This document shows positions 1 to 11,535 of a stretch of 64,000 bases of DNA, in pieces. Source of the DNA: Camelus dromedarius (Eukaryota); the NCBI RefSeq assembly GCF_036321535.1, contig NC_087436.1:109370001-109434000 (forward strand), read 5' to 3'. Within the stretch, counting starts at the first letter, position 1. Every line of letters starts with the position of its first letter. Made by a program: the position numbers and the translations under genes. Below the pieces are notes generated by a model. The model was given only the letters and a program-made list of their open reading frames with translations. It was not told where the DNA came from and did not search any database.

Positions 1-230
1 AGTTCTCTATCTGTTTTGTTTCATTGATCCAGATTCAGTTGCCGTTCACGACTGCACTTTTTGGGTCATTATAAGTCTTGAAGGCATTTTAATATCTGGG
101 ATGTAAATTGCTAATCATCTTCTTAATCAAATTACTCACAACAATCCTTCACATTTTAAATTTCCAGATATGTTTCAAATTATTTTTACTGTCAGTTATA
201 AAACAACCAAATTGGGATTTAAATGTGAAT
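1..230 (-). mobile_element. Degraded old L1 (L1M) ORF2 fragment
   Basis: 'ctctatctgttttgtttcattgatc...ataagtcttgaa' resembles the antisense L1 ORF2 3' region; heavily diverged. Confidence 0.45.
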
Positions 231-576
231 ACAAATATGTACACTTTATCATTAATAAAATAAAAAGACATGGACACAATTCGTGCACCCATCAACAAGG
301 AAATATTAATTAATTCAATGGGGGATACTATTAATACATGGAGGAATTTTTAAAAGTGGTTCACTTAGATTAATGAGTAAAAGGTATTTATAAGTCAGTG
401 AAGAGACAATCTTATTAGAGTACGTGGCTTATACACGTAGAGAGACAGGAATCAGACAGGGAGGGTATTAATTATGGATTTCTTTGAAAGACAGAAAGGA
501 AGTTCAGTCTGATTTGAAGATTATGGGAAACCATGATAGTCTTGGAACAAGCGACTGATTTGTTGAAATTAACATT

Positions 577-803
577 TAATAATGGTAAGAACTAGCGTTG
601 ATTATGCCCTTGTTATATGCCGGGAGCTCTTTCAGCCCCTTTACAAGCCGTTCAACCCGTGCAAACACTCGACGCACTTACTGCTACTCTTATCCCACTC
701 TACATGTGGCGAAACGGAGACACAGGGGGATCAAGTAACTTTCTCAAGGTTGCACAGCTAAAAAGGAGCAATATGGCTTCAGAGTTCACACTCTTCACTG
801 CTA
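577..803 (-). mobile_element. MIR SINE
   Basis: 'tatcccactctacatgtggcgaaacggagacacagggggatcaagtaactttctcaaggttgcacagcta' matches the antisense MIR core. Confidence 0.85.
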
Positions 804-2117
804 ATTTATACTAGAATGGGAGCAGATTCATTTTCTTCTCTCCATCACTCCCCACCAGAATCAACAAGAACAACAAAAACCAAACGAACAAATCTGCTAC
901 CAGATGTTTTTTTCCAAGATTTTTTAAGATTATTTCCCCCTTGAAGAATTTAATACCTTGGACAACCCAGCTGTTAAAGTTCACTTGAGAAGTCATCAAA
1001 GTCGAAGTTATGCTTTTAAAGGGGGGGGGGGAGGGAATAAAAGCAAAAACAAGCCCATACTGTCTGATTATGCGTGATGCGGAGGTAGGGCTTTCTGATA
1101 CTTTACCCAGGGCTCCAGTTAAACCACTTCATGCATCTCTAAGTGGTTATTCTTGTTTCTTAGAAAATGTGTACTTATAAATAAAGCTCTAACAACACAC
1201 TTTATAGAATATTTTAAAGTGCTGCTGAAAAGTTTACCTCTGTCATGACTGTTTCTTAGAGAAGCTCTTTTTCATAGTCTAATTTATTAGTTATTATTTA
1301 ACCACGCTGATGGTTTGTCTTGGTGAAACCTCTCAGAAGACAAATAATGCTTTGAAAATGTGTTGACTAAAAGAAATTTCCAGGAAAAAAAATAGTGACT
1401 CTCAAAAGCCTCATAAAATTGCTAATAATTGTTGAAGGGGGGAGGCAAATTTAACCTTATGGCAATTGGCTTCTATAGCTGCATTCTGCATAATTGGTGC
1501 CCCAATTTTTGTTGCAAGTAGAAATCAGTAATAAAATGAAATCGCTGAAATTTCAATGATCAATAAATAGCTAGCTGTCATAAAATAGCACAAATGAGGT
1601 CTAGTCAAGAGAGTCATATTATACTGTGTATCAGCCCAATAATGAGGTGTAAAAATGGTGTGTTTCAGAGGGATTTACAAATTAAAATAGGTATTTCTAG
1701 TCGTGGAAGGGGATGATGGGAGAAAGTTTTGTGAAGCTCACCTGGAGGATGTAGTGGACAAAATCTTTGAAACTGAAAGGGTCCCACAGCATTTATAAAA
1801 GCCTCTCAACATTACTCTCCCAATTTCCTTAGGTTCCCGTCTTAGAATTGCTGTCAACATCTCTTCCAATTCTGACCTTGACACATTAGCCATCACCTGT
1901 CTCAGTTCTCACTGCCTCAAAGACGCACCCTTCAGATCTTTTTCCATTACCAGCATCACCCATGACCGAAACACCCGATTGCCGCTGCAACTCTATGGGG
2001 AGCCATCGTTCCTTCTCTTTCTTCTTTCAAGTACCCAGAAAACAGCCGCTGACATTAAGTCATTTGCCGATTCAGCTGTCTGTCCACCCACCCATTTGAC
2101 AACAATGTAGAAGTAGC

Positions 2118-2325
2118 TACAGCATTGAGAGCACAGGCTTGGAAGTCAGGCTGCTTACGTCTGTTGCCTGGTTCTGTCACTTTTTATTCTTATAAGCTTG
2201 AACAATTTATTTAACCTCTTTATTCTTCAGTTTCCTCATCAACAGAATGTAAAAATAATTCAACCACCTTCATGGGGTTGTTTTGATGACTGAAGGGGAT
2301 AGTTTCTAGCAATGGTGGTAAGTGC
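2118..2325 (+). mobile_element. MIR SINE
   Basis: 'gagagcacaggcttggaagtcagg...ttaacctctt...cagtttcctcatc...catggggttgtt' follows the MIR consensus order. Confidence 0.85.
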
Positions 2326-2369
2326 TTCAAATGAGAGGTCTCTGAGCCCAAGGCAGGGATCTGACCTAC

Positions 2370-2970
2370 TCAGGTCAGTCAGAGGAGGATGCCGTGGAAC
2401 ATGCTCTTGAAGAAGAGAGCCGAAGAATGAGTTCATATGAACTTGGTCAAAAAGAAGAGAACATTATAAATACAGGTCACGTGTTTGGGAAGGAATCAGG
2501 ATGAGCACAAATAAAGATGGAAGGTCAGCGAGTGTGGTACACAGAGAGCAAGGTGAGGCTAGAGGGACAGATGGAGGAGAGCTGATGAAAGGCTTCCCAC
2601 GGTGATTTATGGAAGTTGTGAGCAGTTGGTCACATTAACTTTTAACGTGATGAGATGCTGGATTGCAGAGGGACCTGACAGGCTGACAGTGGACACACCA
2701 GGCTATTTTAATAAAATAATTCTGGAGAAAGACAGTGGAAGCTTACAGTAGGATTGTGGTGATTAAGGATGGAGAGAAGCAGACGGACTGAAGAGATGTC
2801 TAGGAAGTAAAACTGCCAGACCTCGGAATGACTTGTGTTCGGAGAGGCTGGGGGAGGGAGAGGGAGCAGTTACGGATGACTCAGGCTCCAGGCTTGTGAA
2901 ACTTGTGACTCAAAGGGGGAGAAGGTCATGTGTTTGAGTTGGGACATTTTGCATTTCAGGCATCCAAAAG
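2370..2970 (-). mobile_element. L2 LINE fragment
   Basis: Purine-rich antisense L2 signature 'ggatggagagaagcagacggactgaagagatgtctaggaagtaaaa...ggatgactcaggctccaggcttg'. Confidence 0.75.
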
Positions 2971-3667
2971 GGCAAAGTCTTAAGGAGTTTTTTCATTCCT
3001 TAACATTTTTTAAAGTCTTCGCTATCAAATATAGACTCTGAAGTCTAGAATTCAATGATTTTTACCAATTCCACATGTTTCTACCCTTTCCCTCTCTGAG
3101 TTCCTCAAGCTAATACCATCACTGTCTTCGAGTTTTTAACCTGCTCCCTCCCTTCTTCTCCCCACCTAGTCTTATTTTCTTTCCTTTTGAGATTCGTTAA
3201 AATTAACTTCCTTTCAAAGGTAGTACATCTGATTATAATAAAAATCTACTTCCACTTGCATCCCTGTGCCCAGGACTGGAGTGTTGATTTGCATGTTAAT
3301 CTGAGCTTGCTGATACATGGCTTCATAAAATCATTCTTTCCTTATTTTTTGTGTGTCATTTCTTTATCACTGTATTGCATATTGCCTCAGATCTGGAATC
3401 AAGTCTTCTATTTATTTTTTGTCTGTCCTTTTTCCTCCTAGAATCATTTGCAGAATTACTGGAATAAACAAAAAACAAATTTGTTGTCTGACCAAATTTT
3501 CCAGGATGGGTGGGAGGAGGTAGTAAAATGATTGACTAATGCGTCGTTTGTTCATTGTCTCAAAGCCACAGAAATCTTTCATCACTGTTCCAATTCCAAT
3601 TTTTTTCTCCTTATATTCCTCTCAGTGGATGGAATTCTTTGAGAAATGCCAAAAAGTAACAGGTCGA

Positions 3668-3800
3668 TGAGGTGTAGTAGAATGAGCATGAGAGTTGGGC
3701 TCAGATAGCAGGTTTTATTGATCTCTGTGTGTCCTTGGACATATCACTTAACCTCTCTGAGTCTGAATCTCTTTATTTTAAAAAATGGAATATGAATAGC
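3668..3800 (+). mobile_element. MIR SINE fragment
   Basis: 'gtgtccttggacatatcacttaacctctctgagtctg...aaaaatggaat' is the MIR core. Confidence 0.75.
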
Positions 3801-5020
3801 TAATCTCCATACTCATTCAAAGTCTTATTTATCCCTTCAGATTCTGGCTTCATTGTAATTCCATTTATAAGGAAGTAACCTGTGTAAATACATTTACAAT
3901 CTGCATATGAATTTCCGGTTGAACTTGGTACTGTCTCCTTATATTAGTACTTGCAGAAAGCAAATTTCTAAACAAAATTTAACTTGAAGATGTTGAAAAA
4001 TAACATTAAAACACAATAACTATTTCAAAAATGTTTATAAAGTTCAAAAAGGCACTTTCAAAGCCCAAATACTCTAGAACTGGAAAGTGACAAATATATC
4101 AGAACACCCACAGAGAAACCTGTTTTCACTTTGGAGTAAATATTTTTTTCTCACGAAAAGATTGCTGCACTGAATGGTAAAAAAAACTGCCAAAATTTAG
4201 AGGAAGTTAAGTAACGTCAGTATGCAATTAAGAATAAATTAGTCATAGCTGTGATCAAGGGGATTTCTGCACTGCATTTGAGAAGCTCAGAGAAACTGAT
4301 GTTAAACTGTCATTGAAAAGCAAAAAATTACTTAAATTATTTTAAATAAGAACTTAACAATTCAGTGAAGATATGGGGTGATGGCCACTCTTTTTAAAAT
4401 GTATTTCTTCAACCTATACCAAATTAACCACTCTATAAATCAGAAGATTCATATTCAGTTTATAAAATCATCAACACTGAAAAGCCTAGAACATTTTAAA
4501 GTAAATATATTGTCAGTGTTTTAAAGTTTTACTGGCAGGGCAACAAATTGATCCAAGCAAGATTTCTTTAACCAGACAATTAGCAATTTTCCCCCATATT
4601 AATATTGTAATAATATTGTTTTCCAAATGTATTTTATAGCCCTAAGAAAAACTTTAAAGTGTATGGATTGGATTTTAACTTGGAAAAACAACAGAAACAT
4701 CATTTGGACAAATTTTGTTGAAATCCAAGGGATTATAAAAGAATTCCTCTTGTGGACTTTTCTCTAAAATCCAGTGAAGCAGTTTTGTTCTTTATCTGGA
4801 GACAGAAGTTGGTGGAAAGTTGGCAGTCACCCTAGTCCCACAGTTCTCAGGAATGTGGGCTCAGCCTGCCCTTCTTGGCTGCCAGACTCGTCCAAAGCCA
4901 CATCACCTCGGGGTGTGTTCTGGGTAGGTGAATCCCTGAGTTTCCAGTGATGCCCCAGCCCCTTAAGGCAATGCTGGTGGATTTGACTGCCAGATTCAGC
5001 TCACCCTCTCTCTCTTAAAT

Positions 5021-5335
5021 TTAATAATAAAAAAATTGAAGTCAAGTTGATTTACAATATTGTGTTAGTTTCTGTATGTAGAATCTAAAAAATAATACAA
5101 ATGAATTTATGTACAAAACAGAACAGACTCATAGACATAGAAAACTAACTTAGAGTTATCAAAGAGGAAGGACAAGCAGGGATAAATCAGGAGTATGGGA
5201 TTAACAGATGCAAACTACTATATATAGAATAGATAAGCAACAAGGATTTACTGTATAACACTGGGAGAAATATTCAACACCTTGTAATTACCTATAATGG
5301 AAAATAATCTGAAAAAAATACATATAACTGAATCA
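5021..5335 (-). mobile_element. 5'-inverted (twin-primed) artiodactyl L1 3' end
   Basis: 5031-5075 is the L1 3' terminus in antisense ('attgaagtcaagttgatttacaatattgtgttagtttctg'). 5076-5335 is the adjoining upstream 3'UTR in sense ('gaatctaaaaaataatacaaatgaa...ataactgaatca'). Degenerate TSD: tcagctcaccctctctctcttaa / tcagctcattcactcttaa. Confidence 0.8.
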
Positions 5336-5466
5336 GCTCATTCACTCTTAATTTTTCTCTGAACCTCACTACTGTGCAGTGCTGCCCACACCCTTCTCTG
5401 GAAGTAGCTGTCTTTTGGCTGCTGGTGGAGACACTCTGGGATCACGGTCAAGAACTAAGTGTTGGT

Positions 5467-5607
5467 GGGAGGGTAGATCTCAGTGGTAGAGAGCATGCTT
5501 AGCATGCAGGAGGTCCTGAGTTCTATCCCCAGTGCCTCTATTGAAAAAAACGAATAAAGAAATAAACCTATTATTGTCCCCCCAAAAAAGTAGAAATAAA
5601 AAAAAAA
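5467..5607 (+). mobile_element. tRNA-Ala-derived camelid SINE (Vic-1 type)
   Basis: 'gggagggtagatctcagtggtagagagcatgcttagcatgcaggaggtcctgagttctatccccagtgcctc' gives a tRNA-Ala-like head with A/B boxes, followed by an A-rich tail. Degenerate TSD: aagaactaagtgttggt / aagcgctaaaggttgat. Confidence 0.85.
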
Positions 5608-5621
5608 GCGCTAAAGGTTGA

Positions 5622-5913
5622 TAAATGATTTCATTCTTACGTGAAATATAGAAGACTAATATGCAAAATAAAAGCACAAACCAAACCAAACAAAAACAAA
5701 CAGCTACCGAGAACAGAGTTGTGGTTCCCAGAGGGGAAGGGGCAGGAGGGGGCAGGGTAAAATGGGTAAAGGGGATCGACTTTACAGGGAGGGATGGAAA
5801 CTCAGTTTTTAGAGGTGAACAGGCTGTAGTGTATTCAGAAGTAGAAATACAGTGTTGTACCTGTGAAACATATAATGCTATAAACCAATGTTACCTGGGT
5901 AGAAAGTAAAAAA
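5622..5913 (+). mobile_element. L1 3' UTR fragment
   Basis: 'gagaacagagttgtggttcccagaggggaagggg...tgttgtacctgtgaaacatataatgctataaaccaatgttacct' followed by an A-rich end. Confidence 0.8.
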
Positions 5914-5989
5914 GACTGCAAGGTGATGTTAATAACTTGTTGTCTTACTGTGTATCTGAAAACAGAGGAAGAATGCCTTTAGCTACTAT

Positions 5990-6575
5990 CCCTGGTGTGG
6001 AGAGACCGTGTCACAGTTATGGGGAGTGTTATTATTTGAAGAAGGAAAGAAGAGAGAACAGATTGTGGCTGCAGAAGGAATTGAAACAGGAGGGCTGCCT
6101 CCTCCTCCTCCTCTTCTGTCCTTAGTGGGAATCACTGAGTGTTGCTTTCATGCTGATGGACAATCCAGCAGAGAGAGAGAGAAGTTAAATGTACAAGAAG
6201 GAGGGGGATAACCAAAGAAATTAAAATCTTGGAGGAGACAGCAGAAAAGTTGATGGGAAACTGAACATCTGAGAGATTGATTTTTGAAGGATGGAGGGAC
6301 GTTTTCTTCACTGAAATCAGAAGAAGGAAAGATGTGGGCAGGGAAAGTCAAGGAGGATTTAGAGGATCCTTGGAAGGACCTCCCTTCTGACTGCTTCTGT
6401 TTTCACTAACAAGCATGAGAGGAAGCTTTTGTCTGGGAGTTGTGTGGTGAAGAGGGGTGCTGAGAGGAGGCGGTAGGAGATTTTAAGGGGAAAATATATG
6501 AAATATTGTGTTATGGAAGAAAATGAGAGTACTAGAAAATGTAATAGGCTGCAGGGCAGATTTGAAGGTTCCATT
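5990..6575 (-). mobile_element. L2 LINE fragment
   Basis: Purine-rich antisense L2, e.g. 'cccttctgactgcttctgttttc'. Confidence 0.6.
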
Positions 6576-7228
6576 AAACAGTGAATTTCTCAGCATAAGA
6601 CTCACATACCTAGAAAATTAAAAGTTGGCTGTCTTCTAACGTCACAGGTAATTATATCTATTTAAGCATACATTGCAAGCTTTTTTAACTGAAACTTGCA
6701 ATCCATATTTTAGCAGACCAAATCAAGGGGAAAAGACAAAGAGACTCAGCAGTATACGAATATCACTTTTACACAGATTTCAGGGCTTATCTGGAGAAAG
6801 AGTCCCTGGGTAATTTGTAAGACATCAGAAAATGTTTGAGTTAACATATTAAACTTTTCAGTGTCTGAAACAAAGAATTGGGAACATGAATTTAAAATGA
6901 ACTGACTTCTCTAACCTGTAAGAAGTTGGCATCATGTATAAAACCTTTTCCATGGCTACAGATGCAGGTCAAGGAGAGGAAATCTTCACCGCAGAATTAC
7001 AAAACTCACTAGCAGCCACCGCAGGTATTTTACCGTGTTCCAAGACAGCGGCACCTATGGGGCAAACACAGTGAGGAGAGCTAAGGAAATGTCCCCCGAG
7101 AACCCTCTCTCTCTCTTTCAGGCCCTAGCCTAGTTCAGGATTGCATGATCTTTCACCCACATTATTACACAGGTCTCCTGATTTCAAAGTTAAACATTTC
7201 CAATCCAACCTACTTAAAGTGATTCAGT

Positions 7229-7782
7229 TGCTACCCCAAAAGGGGAAGGAAAAAGACCTCAATTCTTGTCTTACCTGAAAGAGAAGAATTCAGAAGGGAA
7301 ACAAAACTGTGTTATGTAGCAAAAGAGTTTAAGGTTTTATTAGCAAAGGGAAAGCACAGCTCCGAGAATGGGAAGCAGGCTGGTCCAAGGGAGGACAGCA
7401 ATGGTCTTTGTTTGCCCCTTCTCTTATTCCCTCACTTAAAGGTGGTCTCTTGATTGATTGACAGCCTTTGCCCCTGAAATGCTTAGTCACATTTGACCTC
7501 TTTGTGCATGTCCTTACCCATGATGCACACCGACAAAGCCATGTGGGGGACCTAAACCACAGTGCTAATTATAGTACAACGAGCACTGGGTCCTATCCGG
7601 TTAGGTCCTTGCCGTAACTGCACAGATGTGGCTGTCGGGTTCTAACCAATTTCTTGCTGGCACTCATTTAGAGGAAGTAAAGCTCCTTTAGGCTGAAGGT
7701 GGGCATAATGCCATCATCTGGACGATCCTCCCTCTCCTCCACCTCATCTGCCCAGTGACCCCACTTATCTAACTACCTAACA
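7229..7782 (-). mobile_element. Solo LTR, ERV1 class (554 bp), inserted into an L2 fragment
   Basis: TG...CA termini (minus strand begins TGTTAGGTAGTTAGATAAG). Perfect 4-bp TSD CAGT at 7225-7228 and 7783-7786. AATAAA on the minus strand at 7336-7341. L2-like sequence on both flanks. Confidence 0.85.
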
Positions 7783-7960
7783 CAGTGAATTTCCAGAGCA
7801 CTCAAAGATGAAGATCCATGCCACTGCCTTAAGGGCCTGAGTATCTGACTCCTGCTTTCCTCTCCGAGCTCAACCACCCACCCCTCATTGGACCACAGTA
7901 TGCTTTCTCAGAGTCTTGAACAAGCTGTGCTGTCTGGTGGGCTCAGGGTCTTTGCCTGGC

Positions 7961-8359
7961 TGTATTTCCCAGAGTTCTCTAGAGAACAGAACCATGGGAT
8001 GGATATAGATATGGATATGGATATGGATATGGATATAGATATGGAAAGTCTACAATCCGCAGGGCAGGCCAGCAGGCTGGAGACCCAGGCAAGGGCTGAT
8101 GTTACACTTCCAGGCACAAAGGCCTTACAGAGGCAGAATTCCTTCTTCCCCAGGAAATCTTATAGTCTTTTCTCTTAAGCCTTCAAATTATTAAATGAGG
8201 CCCATTCACATTACAAAAGATAATGTATTTTATTCAAAGTCTACTGACTTAAATGTTAATGTCATCTAAAAATACCTTCACAGTAACATCTAGACTGGTG
8301 TTTGACCAAAAACCAGGCATCATGGCCTCACCAAGTGGACCCATGTAGGTAGCCCCACC
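7961..8359 (-). mobile_element. MLT2 (ERVL) LTR
   Basis: 'agagttctctagagaacagaacca...gcagggcaggccagcaggctggagaccc...ttaaatgttaat...aataccttcacagtaacatctagactggtgtttgaccaaa'. Confidence 0.85.
7994..8045. repeat. (ATGGAT/ATAGAT)n hexamer microsatellite inside MLT2
   Basis: Read directly; source of the DMDMD/ISISIS ORF artefacts. Confidence 0.9.
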
Positions 8360-8399
8360 AAACCCCTGCTGCCACCTCTGCCCACAAAGCTCCTCTCTC

Positions 8400-8665
8400 T
8401 TTTTCCTCTTGACTAAATTGTCACTTCTTTGACCTTCTTGATGATCTCCTCCAAGACTAGTTCATAGCCTTCCTTCATATGCTCCAAGGGAGTCCTGTGT
8501 TCCTCCATCAAAGTCATGATTTAATTCATAATCGTGGACTTGATTCATGTTTGACTCTTTCTTCTCTTGAGGACAGAAGTCATGTCTAATTGTTTACCAC
8601 TGTGATCACAGGTCTCACCACTGTCTTGTACAAGGTGGATGCTCAATCAAAACCAATGAATTAAT
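8400..8665 (+). mobile_element. L2 3' end
   Basis: 'cttgaggacagaagtcatgtc...gatgctcaatcaaaaccaatgaattaat' resembles the L2 terminus. Confidence 0.65.
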
Positions 8666-8864
8666 GGCCATTCTTTATTAGCATTAATGAATACACAGTT
8701 AATGCATACAAGAACTCTCCATGTGTCTACTGAGTGCTATTTATAATGTATCTATAACCATCATGCCCCTGTTTCAAATACTTCATTTATAATAAGTGTA
8801 AATAACAGACCAATAACATTTGCTGGGTGCTTCTAATATGACAGACATGCTTCCAGGCACTCAG

Positions 8865-9466
8865 TGTTAATTTGTTCTGTCAGAAACCTCTTTTGTACTG
8901 TTTCAGATCCTCTCAGCCTGATTGTCTCCGAGGCTCTTGGTCACATCTTCTGCTCCAATCCTGGTCCCTGCAAAACCAATTTCTCTGGAGCACCCTGAGC
9001 TGGCCCTTGTCTTATGCCTCACTGTACATCCCTCCCCTCCAGCCCTAGGGCTTCTCTCTCTGACGCAGCTGAGATATAATCATTTCAGGACCCATGCAGC
9101 TTCCATACTTGCCAAACCTGGAAATATGGGAGAGAAAAATACTAAGGAACAAAACTTTGACCAATAGGAGATAGAAGACAAAGTCTTTTCACCTCTGCCA
9201 TTACCCCCACCTTCAGCAGATTGTCCTGAGAAATAATAGTTCTCAGGGCCCATTGGTAGATGATCCCATGATATTGAGCAATCAACATAGTACCTGGGAC
9301 TGGGCAGGAGTCAGCTGCATATCACTCCATTTTCTCTCTCTGTCCTTTCCTGCTTCACTCCCCTTTTCCCTCCCTCTGGCTTTCCTGGCATTGAACTCCT
9401 CAATATACTCTTAACATATAAGCTTTTGCCTTAGGCTCTGTTTTCTAGAGCATCTGGACTTAAACA
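8865..9466 (+). mobile_element. ERVL-class solo LTR (subfamily uncertain) inserted in a MIR
   Basis: TG...CA ends. 3' end 'aagcttttgccttaggctctgttttctagagcatctggacttaaaca' is typical of ERVL LTRs. Antisense MIR pieces on both sides (8810-8860 and 9467-9490). Confidence 0.7.
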
Positions 9467-9867
9467 TTCATTTAATCCCCACAATGGGAGGATAAGACCG
9501 TTTGTGTCTTAAATGTTCATGTTGGCTGCAGTGTCACTAACAGATAGAAGGGGGAGAAGGGATGAAGTGGGGGACCTACTTAGGAATTTATGGCAGTAGT
9601 CCCAAGGAAAGATGGTGGTGGTTTGGAAAAGCGTGCCAGCTGTAGAAATGGAAATAAGTGAAAAAGTCTGAGATCTCTCTCCCTCTTCCCTCCCAGCCCT
9701 TTTCTTGTGCATGGTCATTGTTCGTTTACACACTTGTCTATTCTACTGTGAATGCTTTGTCTATAGGAATTGCTGGCATGTTTCAGAAATGTAGTATGTT
9801 TCTGTTGTTTGAATGAGGCAGAAAGACAAATCCAGAAGTTCAGAAAACCATGCCAACAGGTTGTTTA

Positions 9868-10010
9868 GAAGGTTACGATAGACCAACCCTATGATGGGAG
9901 ATATATAAATATCTCAGTATGTTTTGAGGTACTAGTTATTTTTATGTCAGGACAACAACAAGAATACATCAGGACTGTCTGAGGCAAAATCTGGATGTGT
10001 GTTCACACTA
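9868..10010. mobile_element. MER94-like hAT-Blackjack DNA transposon relic
   Basis: 'aggactgtctgaggcaaaatctggatgtgtgttcacacta' resembles the MER94 terminus (gggactgtcccgggcaaaccgggacgtatggtcaccct). Confidence 0.5.
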
Positions 10011-10269
10011 TGTGTATATCCAATGCACACAGCTTCCTATCAACTTAAAAAGCATAGCAGTCCAATGATTCTTTCTACTTATAACAGCATATATGTCTAA
10101 TAGCATCTGCACTTGGCAAGAGTTTATTAGCTATTAGTTTCCATCACTGAATGCAACATTATAAGAGATTTCTATTAAGTTATTTTATTATCCATTAGAA
10201 GAAGAAAACATGGACCTAATAAGGAAAGAACATCCTTTAAATCTTCCTGGTTAAACACAGCAATCTGAA

Positions 10270-10400
10270 GAGTAGTGGAGATCAGCTTTTAAGAGCTCTG
10301 GAGTCAGACAGAACCTGACTTTTAAATCCCTTCCTCCATTTACTTTCGACTTAACCATGTAAGCTTTAATTTCTGGATCAGGAAAACTAGCATAATGATA
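10270..10400 (+). mobile_element. MIR SINE fragment
   Basis: 'gagctctggagtcagacagaacctgact...aaatcccttcctccatttact'. Confidence 0.7.
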
Positions 10401-10479
10401 TTCAAACATTTGGGAACTTCGGGCTGTGACAGAATATCTACTCCTGGATTACGCCAAAATAATAACAGCCAAGGGGTTT

Positions 10480-10955
10480 ATTGATTCGTTTATTCTTTCA
10501 TTCAACAAATAGTTGTTGCTGTGTTCCCGGGGCAATAGGCATCATTCTTGATGCTGGGATGTGGCCAGGAAGAAACAAGCACACTTACTGCCCATGGAAG
10601 CCCATGCTCCTGTGAGGAGACAGAGAAGTTGCACATGAAAGGCCGCTGCATTGTACAATGGCAGATGTGAGGACGCTTAGGCAGGTGAGAGCGGGATGCG
10701 GGTGGGGGAAGGACGGGAAGTACTTCTTCAGAAGAGTGTCAGGTGGGGCTTCTCTGAGGGGTTTATATATGAGCAGAGGCAGGAGAAAAATGAAGGAGGA
10801 AGTATAGCTGGGGGGTGAGGGTGGGAGTCATTCTAGGCAGAGGTAACAGAAAATGCAACGGCCTGATGGAAACTTCATTTGGCTTCTTCAAAATAAATCA
10901 GGAGCTGCCGAGGAGTGAGCAAGGGAGGATGAACTGACAGGTCCAGGAGTAGGAA
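10480..10955 (-). mobile_element. L2 3' end
   Basis: 'ttcattcaacaaatagttg...gatgctgggat...gtcaggtggggcttctctgagg...ttctaggcagaggtaacag'. Confidence 0.8.
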
Positions 10956-10959
10956 TGGT

Positions 10960-11412
10960 TTCAGGAAAGATTGGGTTCAGGGTTTAAGTTCAAGTTCGTT
11001 GCTGTTCAAACTTGTGTTCTCTTCCTCCGTCTCTCAGCGCCACATCATCTTTTCTGGTTCTACTCTTATCAAGCTTCCTCCTCACGATTCCAGATGCTTC
11101 CTCAGCTACAGGCATCCTGGATTCACTGGAGAGAGAGTCACCCTCTTCCTAGAAGCCCCTGCAAACCCCTAGATCCTCCGCAATTTGACCGACATGTATC
11201 TACACCCATCCTTACAAAAATCAGAGGACGAGTCATTGGTTCTGTGACCTGGGCTTTGGCCACGCAAATTCTTCTAACAGGAAGGAGGGAGTGGACCGCG
11301 AATAGGGCAGGGGTGCCCAGGAAGAATAGGGCAGTAATGCTTAAAGGAAAAATCCCAAAGCTGTTTATGGACATAGGGTGAATGAATGCTGGATGGGAAA
11401 AAAATCTGCTAC
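10960..11412 (-). mobile_element. Old MaLR LTR (MLT1K/L-like)
   Basis: Ends in 'gggtgaatgaatgctggatggg...atctgctaca', like antisense old MLT1 LTRs. Confidence 0.55.
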
Positions 11413-11435
11413 ACAGGGAGACCCACAATAACGTC

Positions 11436-11535
11436 TGTCATCATCACCATCACCACCACCATCATCACCATCACCATCATCACCACCATCATCATCACCA
11501 TTACCTTCACCATCATCATCACTATTATTATAACC
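11436..11535. repeat. (CAT/CAC)n trinucleotide microsatellite
   Basis: Read directly. Confidence 0.95.

Noticed and set aside
5467..5540. tRNA-Ala gene
   Set aside because: Substitutions in the stems and boxes, an A-rich tail and a TSD indicate a SINE copy rather than a functional tRNA. The same applies to 23990-24060.
7888..8178. ORFs with DMDMD / ISISIS repeats
   Set aside because: Translation of a hexamer microsatellite inside an MLT2 LTR.
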